Shown in pieces: positions 1-13,253 of a DNA stretch of 64,000 nucleotides (position 1 is the first letter of the stretch; every line of letters starts with the position of its first letter). This stretch comes from Octopus sinensis (Eukaryota), in contig NC_043018.1 in assembly GCF_006345805.1 (NCBI RefSeq), forward strand, positions 1,922,001 through 1,986,000, in the 5' to 3' direction. The position numbers and the translations under genes are program-made. The notes beneath the pieces were generated by a model. The model did no database searches and was not told the origin of the DNA. It worked only from the letters and a program-made list of their open reading frames with translations.

Positions 1-288
1 GACTCTTGTGAAATACAGCTACCCAAGGTTTCCTGGTAGAAATAAAAATTCATTTGGCCATTTTTTAAGCTGATAACATGACAGTTGTTTTTTAGTTGTC
101 TTTTGAGCAGAAGATATTTAGAGAAGAAAGAGTTGATAAGGAAGAAGAAAAAAAAGAAAAACAGAGGGGAGATAATGCACACACTCATACACATAGAGGG
201 AGCGAGAGATATGTGTACGTATGTGAATTGACAGGGAGAGATGTCTCTATGTGTGCATATGTGTGTGTGTGTGTGTGCGTATGTGGTA

Positions 289-535
289 CTAGCAGTATCG
301 CACGGCGTTGCTCGGGTTTGTAATGGAAATAACTATATAAGCATTTTTAGAGATGTAAAGTATAATAGCCATCTCAATAAAGCTAACCACAAAGGGGGTG
401 TTACTGTAGCTTTTTACGTTCTGAGATTTAATAATACATTTTTAGAGAGTTACTTCCCTTATATAATAGCAAAAAATGCATTAAAAATGGGAAAAAATGA
501 TGGTAACTTATTTTTTTAAATCGTAGACTCATCGT
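289..535 (-). mobile_element. Non-autonomous Helitron, 5'-truncated copy
   Basis: Minus strand ends in the hairpin cccgagcaacgccg(t)g, then atactgCTAG|T at 289-292. Nearly colinear with 6657-6905 until similarity stops at 535. Confidence 0.75.
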
Positions 536-1740
536 TAAGTACAAATACGGAACAGATTTGCTAGACCCAGCTTTGTGGTGGGTAACTGTTTGAAGCCATT
601 GAGTTCTGGCTGCAAACCTGCGATGAAACAGCTGACACACTGTAGAAAGCTTAACACAGTGGCGCGAAGATAGAAGAAGGGAAGGCTTTGCTTGTGAGGA
701 CTTCTGTCAATATTCCAGAAAAATAACTTTCCTCATCATGCACAGAGATTAGATTTATTGTAAAATCTGGAACCTATACTAAAATAAGTATGTGTGTGTG
801 TGTGTGCATGTGCGCGTGAATGGTTCCTAACTATCGTTGCATTTGCCCCACGGTTATAACCAGTATCTCATAATGCTATGTATTCTTGTTGTCTCTTTTT
901 CTATTCTTGTATTCGTCTTTTAAAATATTCATTGTAAAAGAAATTTTATAACATTTGATCATGCGTATAGAAATTATCTTTTATATAGTTTCATTAATAA
1001 AATTCGCTACTGTAATATTGCTCACGTTCATTTATTCACAACTTTCTTTTATAGACACGAATTACTTTAAGAATAGACTGAATATAACATTTTCTCTCTA
1101 ACTCCATTATGTAATATCTCGATGTTATTTGCTATCTATGTATGTTATATCCTTAAAGCCTCAACCTTGCTTTTATTTAATCGTCTTTATTTATATATTT
1201 ATTTCAGTTTTATCTATCTTTTATTTTTTGTGTTGACTTTAGACTATTTTTATTTTGTTTCTCTTTTTTCTCTTTTTTTATAATTAATTATTTCAGCTCA
1301 TTTTTATTCGTTCTTACCCTCATTTACATAGATATCAATTCATATCATTCCGCTACTCAATAATAATTCTTCTCACTCATGCTGTTGTGTGTAACTGTTC
1401 ACTTGAATTCTTATAACAAATGTTATTGGAGGTGATCTTTTAAAAATTTTTGCAAGTACTCCATTACATGAAGTGGTAGTGCGGTTCACTTTATTTTATA
1501 GTCGCCTGAGGTTCGGAGGCGTGAAACTTGTATTTGTAACTTGTCTAGTTTTAATTTTAAAAAATAATAATAATTAATATAAATTCTGCTTGACGTACTG
1601 AGAAAGTTGTTTGCTTTTTAATGTTTGTACAGCTTATAAAACACGCGCGTTGACTTCATACCGCTATTTACGTTAGCTTAATCTAATGCCCACATTCCAC
1701 ACATTTCCTTACCCTCTCAAAACATGTAAGAGTCTCAATA

Positions 1741-2019
1741 TGTGTGTTGTGTGTGTGTGTGTGTGTGTGTGTGTGCCTGTGTGTGATTGTGTGCGTGTGT
1801 GCCTGTGTTTGTCTCTGGGAGTGTGTATGTGTTCGTGTATATGTGTGTGTAGTAAGTTCTGTAATTTATCGCTTCTGGTAAATCAACAGACATATATATA
1901 TATATATATACGCATGTATACGTATATGTGTGTATATGTTTGTATATACGTATACATATATATGTATGTGCATATATATATACATACATATATATACATA
2001 TATATATAGAGAGAGAGAG

Positions 2020-2051
<32 letters not shown>

Positions 2052-2119
2052 ATACATATACATACACACATGTATATATATATATATATATATATATACA
2101 TACACATATATAAGTATAC

Positions 2120-2151
<32 letters not shown>

Positions 2152-2250
2152 GTATGTATGTATGTATGTGTTTTTGTATGTATGTATGTATGTATGTATG
2201 TATGTATGTATGTATGTATGTATGTATGTATGCATGTATGTGCGTATATA
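1741..2250. repeat. Compound microsatellite (TG)n/(TA)n/(GA)n/(TATG)n
   Basis: Direct reading; source of several spurious ORFs. Confidence 0.95.
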
Positions 2251-2649
2251 TGGTGTTGCGTGGGTGAAACGAAAATTGTATAATTGATGGCTTAAGTCAG
2301 TCACTCATCGTTTTAGGATTACGTACTTAAACCTCTCAGCTACAAACATTAATGCAAAGACGAACACGCGAACTTTCGTCGCCTTATCACGCATCACGCA
2401 TCGCCATCCATTTCTCAGCACCATTTTAACAATATCAATGCAGCCATCTCCGTTGTGTAAGTAAGACGAAGCTGAAACTAATGCTAGCAATATCACTAAA
2501 ACGTGTGTACTCGTCTTGAGAAGTTAAATTTGCTGTTAACAGATGAAACATCGCAGCCATCTTCGTTTTTATAATTTTATTTTATATTTCCTTCATTTTT
2601 TCATTCTTCTCTTTTGTTTGAATTTTTCTCTCTACTTGTTGTTGTTATT

Positions 2650-2654
2650 GTTCT

Positions 2655-2687
<33 letters not shown>

Positions 2688-3030
2688 CCTTCTTTTCTCC
2701 TTCCTCTTCTTCCCCTTCTTCTTCTCCTTCGTCTTCTTTCCTTCATCTTCTTCATCTTCTACTTCTTCTTCTTCTTTTTCTTTTCTTCTTCTTCTTCATC
2801 TTCTTCTTCTTCACCTTCTTCTTCTTCTTCTTCTACTTCACATTCTTCTTCTTCTTCTTCTTCACCTTCTTCTTCTCCCCCTTCTTTTCTCCTTCCTCTT
2901 CTTTCCTTCTTCTTCTTCTTCCCCTTCTTCTTCTTCCCCTTCTTCTTTTCTCCTTCCTCTTCTTTCCTTCTTCTTCTTCTTCTTCACCTTCTTTTTCTTC
3001 TTCCCCTTCTACACCTTCTTTATCCTTCTT
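2650..3030. repeat. (CTT)n-based low-complexity tract with internal duplications
   Basis: Direct reading; the block ccccttcttttctccttcctc recurs three times. Confidence 0.9.
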
Positions 3031-3211
3031 CGTAGTATCCTTGTTATTGTTCTGTTGTCACGTTCGAATTTATGTTACTCGATTATTAAATTAAATATGG
3101 CGGTGAAACTTATTACAGCTTTCATTTATCATAATGAAGCTTTTTCGTATTATTACCCTTAATGATATTTTCCCATTCGTGTTCTTCCACGTCATGCATT
3201 ATTCATCATCA

Positions 3212-3261
<50 letters not shown>

Positions 3262-3815
3262 GAGTGAGAGAGCAGTTCATGCCATCAAAGTGACACTGGG
3301 GTAAAATATACGAAGCCCAATATACCCATCATGACTACCCGTCTGATAAAGGTACACCAGGCACATGCATCACAACCATATGTGCGCGACATGGTGATCT
3401 CATATCAAGATAAACAGCACGTGACCTTGCAGGTGGGGCCCAGTTAGAATTTTCTTCAGGTTGAGTAGCCCATCCCGCTCAAACGGTCCCTGAATAAGGG
3501 TTGTTTAAGGATGTTGAAAGAACCTCCCATGTTTCCAGAGGTGAACTATTCAAACCCAAAGAATCCCTCTCAACACATGGCTATGATGCTCCCCCACTAC
3601 TTCTGCTCGTGATCAGAGATGCACATATCGTCAGCACTAAGGGACATGCTCAACTGGTTAAGGTCAAACAACTGACAAGCAAATCTGTGGTATTGAGCAG
3701 AATATTTGATGTAGCCCATCTTTTATACCAAGACAAAACAATGTACATGATAACACTTCCAATCAGTTAAGATCAGAAGCCATGAGAGCCACTGCCTGGT
3801 ACTGCATCAGGGCAT
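3262..3815. mobile_element. About 555-bp interspersed repeat (SINE or LINE 3' UTR) embedded in an (ATT)n array
   Basis: Non-coding block with (ATT)n directly on both sides (about 3215-3261 and 3815-3905). A diverged partial copy lies at 9590-9785. Confidence 0.6.
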
Positions 3816-3989
3816 TTATTATTATTATTATTATTATATTATTATATTATTATTATTATTACTATTACTATTATTATTATTACTATTACTATTATTATTA
3901 TTATTAATATTGTTTTTATTTTATTACTGATGACATGTATATTATTATATTTATCATCGACAGCGTTACTTCATTATTAATATTTATTA

Positions 3990-3999
3990 TTGTTATTAA

Positions 4000-4035
<36 letters not shown>

Positions 4036-4074
4036 CATTATTAGTAGTAGTATTAGTATTATTATTACTATTAC

Positions 4075-4125
<51 letters not shown>

Positions 4126-4128
4126 TAC

Positions 4129-4194
<66 letters not shown>

Positions 4195-4205
4195 CATTAT
4201 CATTA
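3990..4205. repeat. (ATT)n microsatellite
   Basis: Direct reading. Confidence 0.95.
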
Positions 4206-4956
4206 CGCGTTGGAATTTACTCTGCTTTAGCTATTATCTCTCTCAATATTATTAATAAACATAATCATAACGCGACTAAAACTGATCATACAAATACTAA
4301 CAATCATCACAATTCCCATTAAGGTTTTTATTGTTATTAATATTTTAAAATTTTTAATTTTATGTTTTGTTTTCTCTTTATATTTCTCTACCACATGTTT
4401 CAACATGTATTTTCACATCAATTTATTTCTTTAAATATTTTACATAAGATATCACATCGAGATACTTTTGTGAGCAACCGTTAGAAATTATCAATAGTTG
4501 TAATATTTTTACTAAATTATGTTACGTAAACTGATAACCAGAGTTTAATCTGATGTAATTCTATTAGTTCTTTGTATTGCAAATATTCATTGCGCTGGTA
4601 GAATCATTGGAGCGTCGGAAATACTGCCTAGCAGTTTTCGTTTTTTGAAGCATTAGGTTCTGATTTCAAGTCCCACTCGGTTTTATCCTTGCGTTTCACT
4701 ACCCAGAAAGGTTTCGATGATATAAAATGCTAAACGAATACCAGGATCTATTGTATTGAATTAGAACCCACACCCATCTCAGTCACTGGTCCCGTGACTA
4801 AATCAGAAATTCTTAAGGGCAAAGAGCAAGCAATATCTTTAGAACGCCGAACGAACACGCTTTGTGCTGTTTCAGCTCTTTACGTTCTGAGTGCAAATAC
4901 CGCGGAAGTCAACACAGCCTATCATTCCTACGTGCTGAATAGAATCAAATATCAGT

Positions 4957-5339
4957 CTGGCAGAATCGTTAGAACGAAAGGGCGAAATGCTTAGCGGTAT
5001 TTCGTTTGTCGTTACGATCTGAGTTCAAATTCTGCGGAGGTCGACTTTGCCTTTCATCCTTTCGGGGTCGATTAAGTACCAGTCACGCACTGGGGTCGAT
5101 ATAATCGACTTAATCCGTTTTTTTGTCCTTGTTTGACCTCTCTGTGTTTAGTCCCTTGTGGGTAGTAAAGAAATAGGTATTTCATCTGTCGCTACGTTCT
5201 GAGTTCAAATTCTGCCGAGATCGACTTTGCTTTTCATCCTTTCGGGGTCGACAAATTAAGTACCAGTTGCGTACTGGGGTCGATCTAATCGACTGCTCCC
5301 TCCCCCAAAATTTCGGGCCTTGTGCCTAGAGTAGAGAAA
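4957..5339 (+). mobile_element. tRNA-related SINE family A, dimeric form
   Basis: Head ctggcagaatcgttag. The body ttctgagttcaaattc...gactttgcctttcatcctttcggggtcga...aagtaccag occurs twice, separated by the linker ending ccttgtgggtagtaaagaaata. Tail ccttgtgcctagagtag. Degenerate copies precede it at about 4590-4955. Confidence 0.85.
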
Positions 5340-5797
5340 ATTAAGGTATCAGTCAAGTAACAGAGCGCAAGGTATCGACTGCCTTATATATTTCAATAGT
5401 TTTGGTTTCTACCTAAATTAGAAACCCTTAAAGGTCGCGAGATGCCAGGATCGGTAGACCCTGCAGTAGAATCGTTCATTCAAAGGAAGGTGCTTTGTTC
5501 CTTGTAATTCTTTATTTCCATCTTCAGATTATTCTTTTAGAATGCACTTTTCTTTCCCCCAAAACCTCCTCATTGCCAATTCTAAATGTTTTCTTCTGGT
5601 TTGTCTATGTTCATCATGGTTTCTAAGGTTCCGCCGTTTGCTTTCCATCCTTTCTATGATTAGTCTATGTTCTTGATATTTGTTTCGGTGGTTTTCTGTT
5701 CATTATTTGTGTTTTTCTCGTGAAATATTTCTTTTACGGAATCTCTTTTCATTTCTATATTTGACTTTGAGAATTTATCTTTTTCATGTTGCTAGTC

Positions 5798-5959
5798 GCA
5801 GGAGTGGCTGTGTGGTAAGTAGCTTGCTAACCAACCACATGGTTCCGGGTTCAGTCTCACTGCGTGGCATCTTGGGCAAGTGTCTTCTGCTATAGCCCCG
5901 GGCCGACCAATGCCTTGTGAGTGGATTTGGTAGACGGAAACTGAAAGAAGCCTGTCGTA

Positions 5960-6008
<49 letters not shown>

Positions 6009-6208
6009 TTGTGTGTCTGTGTTTGTCCCCCTAGCATTGCTTGACAACCGATGCTGGTGTGTTTACGTCCCTGTCACTTAACGGTTCGGCAAAAGAGACC
6101 GATAGAATACTGGGCTTACAAAGAATAAGTCCCGGGGTCGATTTGCTCGACTAAAAGGCGGTGCTCCAGCATGGCCGCAGTCTGAAACAAGTAAACGAGT
6201 AAACGAGT
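5798..6208 (+). mobile_element. tRNA-derived SINE family B (CORE-like motif, internal microsatellite)
   Basis: Head gcaggagtggctgtgtggtaag with B-box-like gggttcagtc, CORE-like ttgggcaagtg, internal (TA)n(TG)n, tail ctgaaacaagtaaa. Many copies in the window. Confidence 0.85.
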
Positions 6209-6656
6209 CTGCTTTGTGAAAGTCAAATGTTACTGTATATCCAGATCTAGTTAAGTTCATCTCTAAATTTTATTGAAACAACATTGCTATAATTTCGATT
6301 TTGCGTATAAGCTGTGGCTGGAATATATGTTTGTAGTATAAGGACGCACTTCGGCCGTATCAAATTCTACCTTTCTCGTTGTATTTGTACAATTTGTCTT
6401 TTATTGGGATTGCAATATATTTTGTTCGGAACCAATTTCTTTGATTTTGATGATTCCGACGTTTAAGCATTCCATTTTTGTACATTATGTGTTCCAAATT
6501 CAAAGTACGCATTCTCCTTTTAAACTCAGACAGAATAATAATTCTTTATTTTGTATTGTTTATGGGTCTTACTGTGAGAGCGACTCAGTCGGGTGCTTGT
6601 TGAACGTGCTTCGATAGTTTGTTTACAAATCGTCTCGACAGAACATTTATTAAACA

Positions 6657-7054
6657 CTAGCAGTATCGCCCGGCGTTGCTCGGGTTTGTAAGGGAAATAA
6701 CTATATAAGCATTTTTAGAGATGTAAAGTATAATAGCCATCTCAATATGGCTAACCACAAAGGGTGGGGGTATTACTGTAGCTTTTTACGTTCTGAGATT
6801 TAATAATACATTTTTAGAAAGTTACTTCCCTTATATATGCCAAAAATGCATTAAAAAATGGGAAAATTTGATGGTAATTTTTTTTTAAATCGTAGACTTA
6901 TCGTAGACGCACGCTAATACCCAGAAGGGCTCGATATGAATCTCGACTATAAGATACCCGGTTTTGATTAAACTGCACCGCAAAATGTGGGAGTAGTTAG
7001 GAATCTAAATCGTAGGAGACAGACAGCACACAACCTCACTTTTATATATAAAGA
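6657..7054 (-). mobile_element. Non-autonomous Helitron, full-length (about 400 bp)
   Basis: Minus strand begins A|TCtttatatataaaag and ends cccgagcaacgccggg (hairpin) cgatactgCTAG|T. Sits at an AT dinucleotide with no TSD. Confidence 0.85.
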
Positions 7055-7239
7055 TTATCACAATAACGAACATTTGTATTGCATCCATTTCATGAGATAA
7101 AACTCAGTAAATTTCACAAGTATTATTTAAATAGTTACGCTTTAACATTTCCGTCATATGTTTTCCAATTTGATTCGTTATACTCTTTTGTTTTTCTTTT
7201 TTTCTTTTTTATGTTTTTAATCGATACTTTTCGTAGAAA

Positions 7240-8134
7240 TCAGGCAGCAATCTAACATGTTCAATATTGGCAAATATTCTTTAGATTAATCCAAGTTTTA
7301 TCATCACATGGTTAGCACGTCAGCCAAAATGCTTCGAGATACTTCTACCACAAGAATAATTGTTGTCTCAGACTTCTACAGACATTTTCGCTCTGCGGTT
7401 AGGTTCTTATATTTCTCAATATTTTCAGCTTCTGTTGTATCGAATCTGTTGTCATGAGGAATTGCGAAGTCTATGATCATACACTGTTTGTTTTCTCATT
7501 TATAACCATATATGGTCTTTTGGCTTCAATGTATGGTCAATATTTATGGGGAAGTCTCATAAGCTCCTGTTACTCTCATTCTTTGTTAGGAAGTCTGGTT
7601 CCTGTTGATACCACTTGTTATTTTGAAGCAACACCCTCAGCTAAACAAGAAGGGGTGGAATCTTCAATGAAGAAATTCTCTGCGTCAAAGAACAAGAATA
7701 GGTATCAACAAATGATGAAAGAACTGGCAGAAACCTAGCTTCAGATGGGGCGAACATGATGGCCGCAACATTCAATGCTAGGCTGCTTTTGTTGTAAACT
7801 AACGAATAAAGCAGATAAGGTACCAAAATATTGGTAAACTTTTGCCTCAATACAATATTAACGCAATGACGAAGAGTAGTCGAGAGAGCGAGTCTCCCTG
7901 GAAAACACACTTGCGTATTATAACGTTTCCTAACGATTCCTTTGCGCATGTTACTTTTACTACGCATGCGCTCATTGCTTTTTGCAAAAAGCCGTTTGTC
8001 TTCTCATTGACTCTGAGCTTCCTTGCGTACTCCAAGAACTAGCAGTGTGGAAGATTGTCGAAAGCCTTTCTGCAATCGGTCCAGCGAAAGCTAAATTTCC
8101 TTGCTTCATGCGGCATTCTATTGCTACACTTGTA
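7240..8134 (-). pseudogene. Internally deleted R4/Dong-type non-LTR retrotransposon (RT plus restriction-like endonuclease)
   Basis: 8134-7855 translates (with frameshifts) to CRMKQGNL..DCRKAFDNLPH..LGNVIIRKCVFQGDSLSRLLFVIAL, an RT segment. 7540-7290 gives EAKRPYMVI..KQCMIIDFAIPHDNRFDTTEAENIEKYKNL, a PD..D-type RLE. The 5' end abuts (ATT)n at 8136-8245. Confidence 0.8.
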
Positions 8135-8171
<37 letters not shown>

Positions 8172-8197
8172 TATTATTATTATTATCATTATTATTA

Positions 8198-8245
<48 letters not shown>

Positions 8246-8969
8246 GTCCTCATCATTTTTATCACCCATAAAATAGTAAATTAACTAACATTCAACTTAA
8301 ATTCCATAGAATATTTTTTTTTATTATTATTTACAGGATTTTCACTTGTATCCTATTCCTTTTTTTATTTTTTCTATGTTCGTAAAAATATTTTGGTGAA
8401 AATACGTTAAAATCAAATTCGTGTGGTTTGAAAACCACATAACTGCCAATTCTCTGTTTAATAAAACAACAACAACAAAAACAACAACCAAATAAATAAC
8501 TAATAAATGGCACTTACAAACAATACCGAGAAATTTCATTCTTTTGTTGTGATTGTTGTTGTTGTTGCTAAGGAATGTTGTTTTTATTTAAGCGCTAATT
8601 CCTGAGCTATCAATAGGTTTTATTATGATAAAATCGCTTCCAATTGCGTGATTTATTAACCAGTTATCCGTTCACCTCAAATATCCCTCCCTTAACAAAA
8701 CAGAATCAAGATACACAATTACTGGCATCCGAAGGTGGCGAGAATCGAATTCGGTGGAATTTTACGAGTCTTTATGGGTGTTTTCCTTTCTTTCTTTCTC
8801 TATTTATTTATTTCTTTATTTATTCATCTATTTATTTATTATTTGGCATTTTACAACTTAACAACATGTCTTTATGATTATAACTTAAGGCAGCAACACC
8901 TTAAATCAATACCCTACAAGCCAAAATGGGAAGGTCTACGAGATTGCCTGGTTTGCTGGAAACAGCAGC

Positions 8970-9275
8970 AAATTCTAAGAAAGCTCGCTTCGCAACCAGG
9001 TGGTTTCGGGTTCAGTCCCGCTGCGCGGCATTTTGGGCAAATATCTTCTACTATAGCCACGGGCCGCCTAATGTCTTGTGGAAAAATCTGCGTCGCTTAG
9101 ATGTGTGGGTGGTTTTGTGTTTGTATTTCTTTCTACGCCAATTAACAACCGATATTGCTTAGTTAATTTCTCCGAACTTTAGCGGATCGACAAAAAAGTG
9201 GGTGATTAGTTATCAGACTTTGAAAGATAGGTACTGGCTCGCAGTCCAACATATGAAACAAGTAAAAGATAAAAT
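8970..9275 (+). mobile_element. SINE family B, degenerate
   Basis: ggttcagtcccgctgcgcggcattttgggcaaatatcttctactatagcc ... tgaaacaagtaaaaga. Confidence 0.7.
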
Positions 9276-9589
9276 ATCATATTTCTGAAACACAAATTCA
9301 AGAAAATGGACACGATAGCAACGCAAATGATCGGTTACATTTTGGCATCATGAATTGTAGCTTAAAGCCATAAGACACGTTGACCTTAAATCAATAAAAT
9401 ACAAACCAACCGGAGAATCTTTAGAATGCCACCTGGCTTTGTTAAAATAACAAAGAAAAAATCCAATAAATCACATGTTTTACATTGTGAAAATAGAATC
9501 TTGTCCTTGGATAACAACCGTTACTTCCTGTTTGCTTACTCTTGGGAAGTATGAGATGTGGCTGATAGTTCCTTCAAACCTTGTTTTTG

Positions 9590-9785
9590 TTACAGTTATT
9601 CAAACTCCAAAGAAGCCCCCTCAATACATGACTATGATGCCCCACACACACACACACACATGCATACACAATTCGTCGTAATCAGAGCTGCACATATTGT
9701 CAACCACTAAGGGACACGCTTCGGGGGTTAAGGTGAAGCAAGTTACAAGCAAATCTGTGATACTGAGCAGGATATCTGCTATAAC
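9590..9785. mobile_element. Diverged fragment of the 3262-3815 repeat with an (AC)n inside
   Basis: Shared strings ctatgatgc, cactaagggaca, ggttaaggt, acaagcaaatctgtg, tgagcag. Confidence 0.65.
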
Positions 9786-10366
9786 GATATTTCTGCATCA
9801 GCAACTCATCGTTAAATCTGTCTGAAATGTAATGGAAAATAGGTCGGTTTCGAAACATTGACATCCAGAGCACAAGAGCAAAGTTTGAAGGGAGCAGTAG
9901 CGTTTTCCTTTGAATTCTAGGAAGAAGCAATTAGGAAATAATATTAACTGACCAAAGACGAACGCAAAAATTGTTACACAGTGTTATATAATAGAATCTT
10001 TAATATTATTTCTGAAGTAAAATGAAACGAGATGATCAGGCTTGCAACACCTTTGAAAGGAAGCCCAATCAATAAAATCTGACAACAGGAAATCAACACT
10101 AACAGTACAGTGCTTGACTACACACACACACGCACACACACACATTATCTTGAGAAATTTGATTGGGACACAGTTTTCAATGTTAAAGTATGGAGTGTTT
10201 ATTCTGCCCAAGTTCGTAATCAGATAGTAATCTCTTTGTGACGTCTGTTGTATTGGGAATGTATGCGACTATTGACTCGTATTCTTGCTGTCACTCCACA
10301 TAACCTGGTTCCATAGCCATGATGTTTTACTTCGCAGTCACGTGATCGCGGGTTCTATATACTTGA

Positions 10367-10599
10367 AAGGCGGCGAGCTGGCAGAAACGTTAGCACGCCG
10401 GGCGAAATGCGTAGCCGTACTTCGTCTGCCGTTACGTTCTGAGTTCAACTTCCGCCGAGGTCGACTTTGCCTTTCATCCTTTCGGGGTCGATAAATTAAG
10501 TACCAGCTTCGCACTGGGGTCGATGTAATCGACTTAATCCCTTTGTCTGTCTTTGTTTGTCCCCTCTATGTTTAGCCCCTTGTGGGTAGTAAAGAAATA
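10367..10599 (+). mobile_element. SINE family A, left monomer plus linker only
   Basis: aaggcggcgagctggcagaaacgttagc...gtgggtagtaaagaaata; ends exactly at the monomer junction. Confidence 0.85.
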
Positions 10600-10959
10600 T
10601 ATATACTTATGTTTGATCAAAGGATTTCTACCTTACTCTTGGATTGCCCCAAACGACTGAATCTGTATTTAATCTCGCGTAGATGACTTGATCTAGCGAA
10701 GAGCTTGAAAGCATAATCCGAACCTTCAGCGGCGTCGACTCTGTTGCATGCAATCAAATCAGGTCGCAGAATCTGAGGGTTTGGAGGTCTCACCTCTTTT
10801 GTTCCATCTGTCTCAGAGACCTTGGAAAGATTCAAGTACGTTACCTTTCTTCCTGTGACGAGTCCATAAAACGAAGCACAACATTGTTTACTTCGTGTAT
10901 GAGCGTGCAACAATACGTTCAGTATTTTCCACTCGCTGATTACATGCGGATTATTGTTC

Positions 10960-11640
10960 GTGCAGGTGGAAGAACTACCTTTGGTCATTGGTCGGGTGTT
11001 TAGAGCTTTTTCTTGGGCAACCATCAACAAATTCTTGATTTCTCATTTTGAATCTCCACTCCAGAAATATTCCGACTTTCTGTGAGATTTCTTTCACATT
11101 CTTGGTGTCTCTGTCGAGCTATTCATGTATCGATATTTGTTTTAGCAATTCAAGTCTTTCACAAATTAGCATATCTTGCTTTGATGTGCATTTTTTCCAT
11201 GAACAGCACAAGTAAGTCCTAGTTCAAATGCAACATGGTTAAGATCTTTCCATTTTTACAATGTAATGATTGATTTTCGTTCTTTGTCCATTCACCAAAT
11301 CAGGAATTCTAAGACATCTCCCTCAAGTTACCTGTATAAACGAGTGATAGTCACCTTTGGAGGAAGAAATTTCTGCGGGGTTAGTGTTACTTCCATTATT
11401 CTGCATATTTAATTTTTCATGAAATTCCTTATTCATGCAGTATAACGCATGACAACCGATCAGATGTCGATCGCATTTATCAGACACCTTCAATTAGGTT
11501 TGGACTTCAATACCAGCGTACATTTCTTCAAATATACAGTTTCCTTTTTACCTTCATGTTTTGTGTACATCACTCAGTTCCACCACGTCTAGATTCATGT
11601 AACTCTTGACTTCAGATTCTATAACCCAGTTTCCCGATAA
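10960..11640 (-). pseudogene. R4/Dong-type LINE fragment (post-RT region up to just before the zinc knuckle)
   Basis: Translates to SYMNLDVVELSDV..ETVYLKKCTLVLKSKPN*RCLINAIDI*SVVMRYTA..SEYFWSGDSK*EIKNLLMVAQEKALNTR. This matches the R4/Dong pattern YKYLG..EY.RR.RLVLKSKLNG.N.I.AINTWAV.V.RY and L.AAQEQAL.T as I recall it. (ATT)n starts at 11811. Confidence 0.7.
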
Positions 11641-11820
11641 AATGGTTCCATTAACATTGACAGGTGTCGCAGAAATGTTTTATTCTATTTATATGGTTCT
11701 TTACATCCTCTTTTCAAAGCCATCTCAGGTTTTATCTTTTAAAGTTCTGGAACCAATACTATCAAGTAAATCCCTTAAAATTGTTGGTCATGTTCCTAAA
11801 ATCAGAAACCATTATTATTA

Positions 11821-11871
<51 letters not shown>

Positions 11872-13253
11872 TATTATTATTATCATGGCTTGAGAGATAC
11901 ATCAAGATTAATAATGTCTTTTTTTTTTAATTTATTCGCTTACAGAGACCCTTCGGAATTTGGAAGCCTGCTCTTACAGGGTTTAGGCAAAAGATTAAGG
12001 TTTGTTTTTTTTAGAAATTTTTTTCCTCACTTTGTTCACGTACAGAAAAAAAATGCCTTTCAAAATTACCAGACACACACCACGAGAGAAAAAGATAAAA
12101 GTCAGATTTTTATGCACAAAACATAAATACAAAAATTAACAAAAAAATTATTGCACTTCAGAACACGTCTATAGTAAACGAAATAGAAAATCTACAGAGA
12201 TTTTCCACCAAAAACTTCACACATGCAAACTCAGAGAAACAAAAGTGGTTTTGGCAAAGTTATATCAAGCCATGCATTCTCTCTTTCCTGCAACCATACT
12301 TGTACTAATTAACAAGGAACGAAGTTATCTGTTTGTGCATTCTAAAAATGGCGATTGTGTTTCATTTAACCTCAAAGCAAGGCTTAGAGGAAGCATTATT
12401 CGAAATACTTTAAAAATATATCATTCAATGACTCAAAGCCGAAGATAGTGACGGTTTATTTTAGAGCTGGAAACACAATGAAATGAACTGAAATGGTGCG
12501 GCGCATACCAGCACTTAAATTTGGAATCCAGTTCTTTGGTTGACGAAATATAAATAGAAAGGTCGGGTTCATATTCATGATGTTTGATCCTGGTTCATTG
12601 TCATCCTTGTATCACAGTATAAGAATCATGAGTCCTAGTGTTCCCCTGGGTCTGTAATAAGTTGCAGGTAGGTAGACAAAACATATGATACAAGTGATGC
12701 AGAACAAAGATTTTAGTTGTTACAACTGTAATATATATATAGAAAAAGGGGGATATTTCTTACCTGAATATTTGAAGAAACTGGAAAACGGAGGAGAAAC
12801 AAAATAAAATCGGACATCAGCGGCGGGAGTATCAAGAACACCATGCCTTATTTTTCAGAGTATCATTAGCTGCAACACCGATGTTGGCAGAGGTCACAGG
12901 TTGCTTGGTTCTACAAATTAGAAAGCAGCCAGTCCGCCTCGACAGTCAAGGGATTCAACAGCGCCTCATAATTCTAGTTTGATGATAAGGCTGAAAATAT
13001 GGCGGCCGATTAAGCGGAGGATATTGACAACGATTTAATGAGGGGAAAATAAATAAAATCTTGAATTCCAACGAATAGCGACGTAAAAATTAAGAGCACC
13101 AATTCCTCAACACAAGGCATTGGGTTGGGTTTCTAGGTCACGTGACTAGATATTACAAAGTTCTTATATTATACAGTGATACCAATGACGAAATATTCGG
13201 TGACAAGTATTTATTATGAAATGCATATTATAATATTATAATATTATTTATTA

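Noticed and set aside
10617-10960. Distal part of the 137-aa minus ORF
   Set aside because: Only the first about 15 residues match the Dong-type LINE; the rest resembles nothing I recognise.
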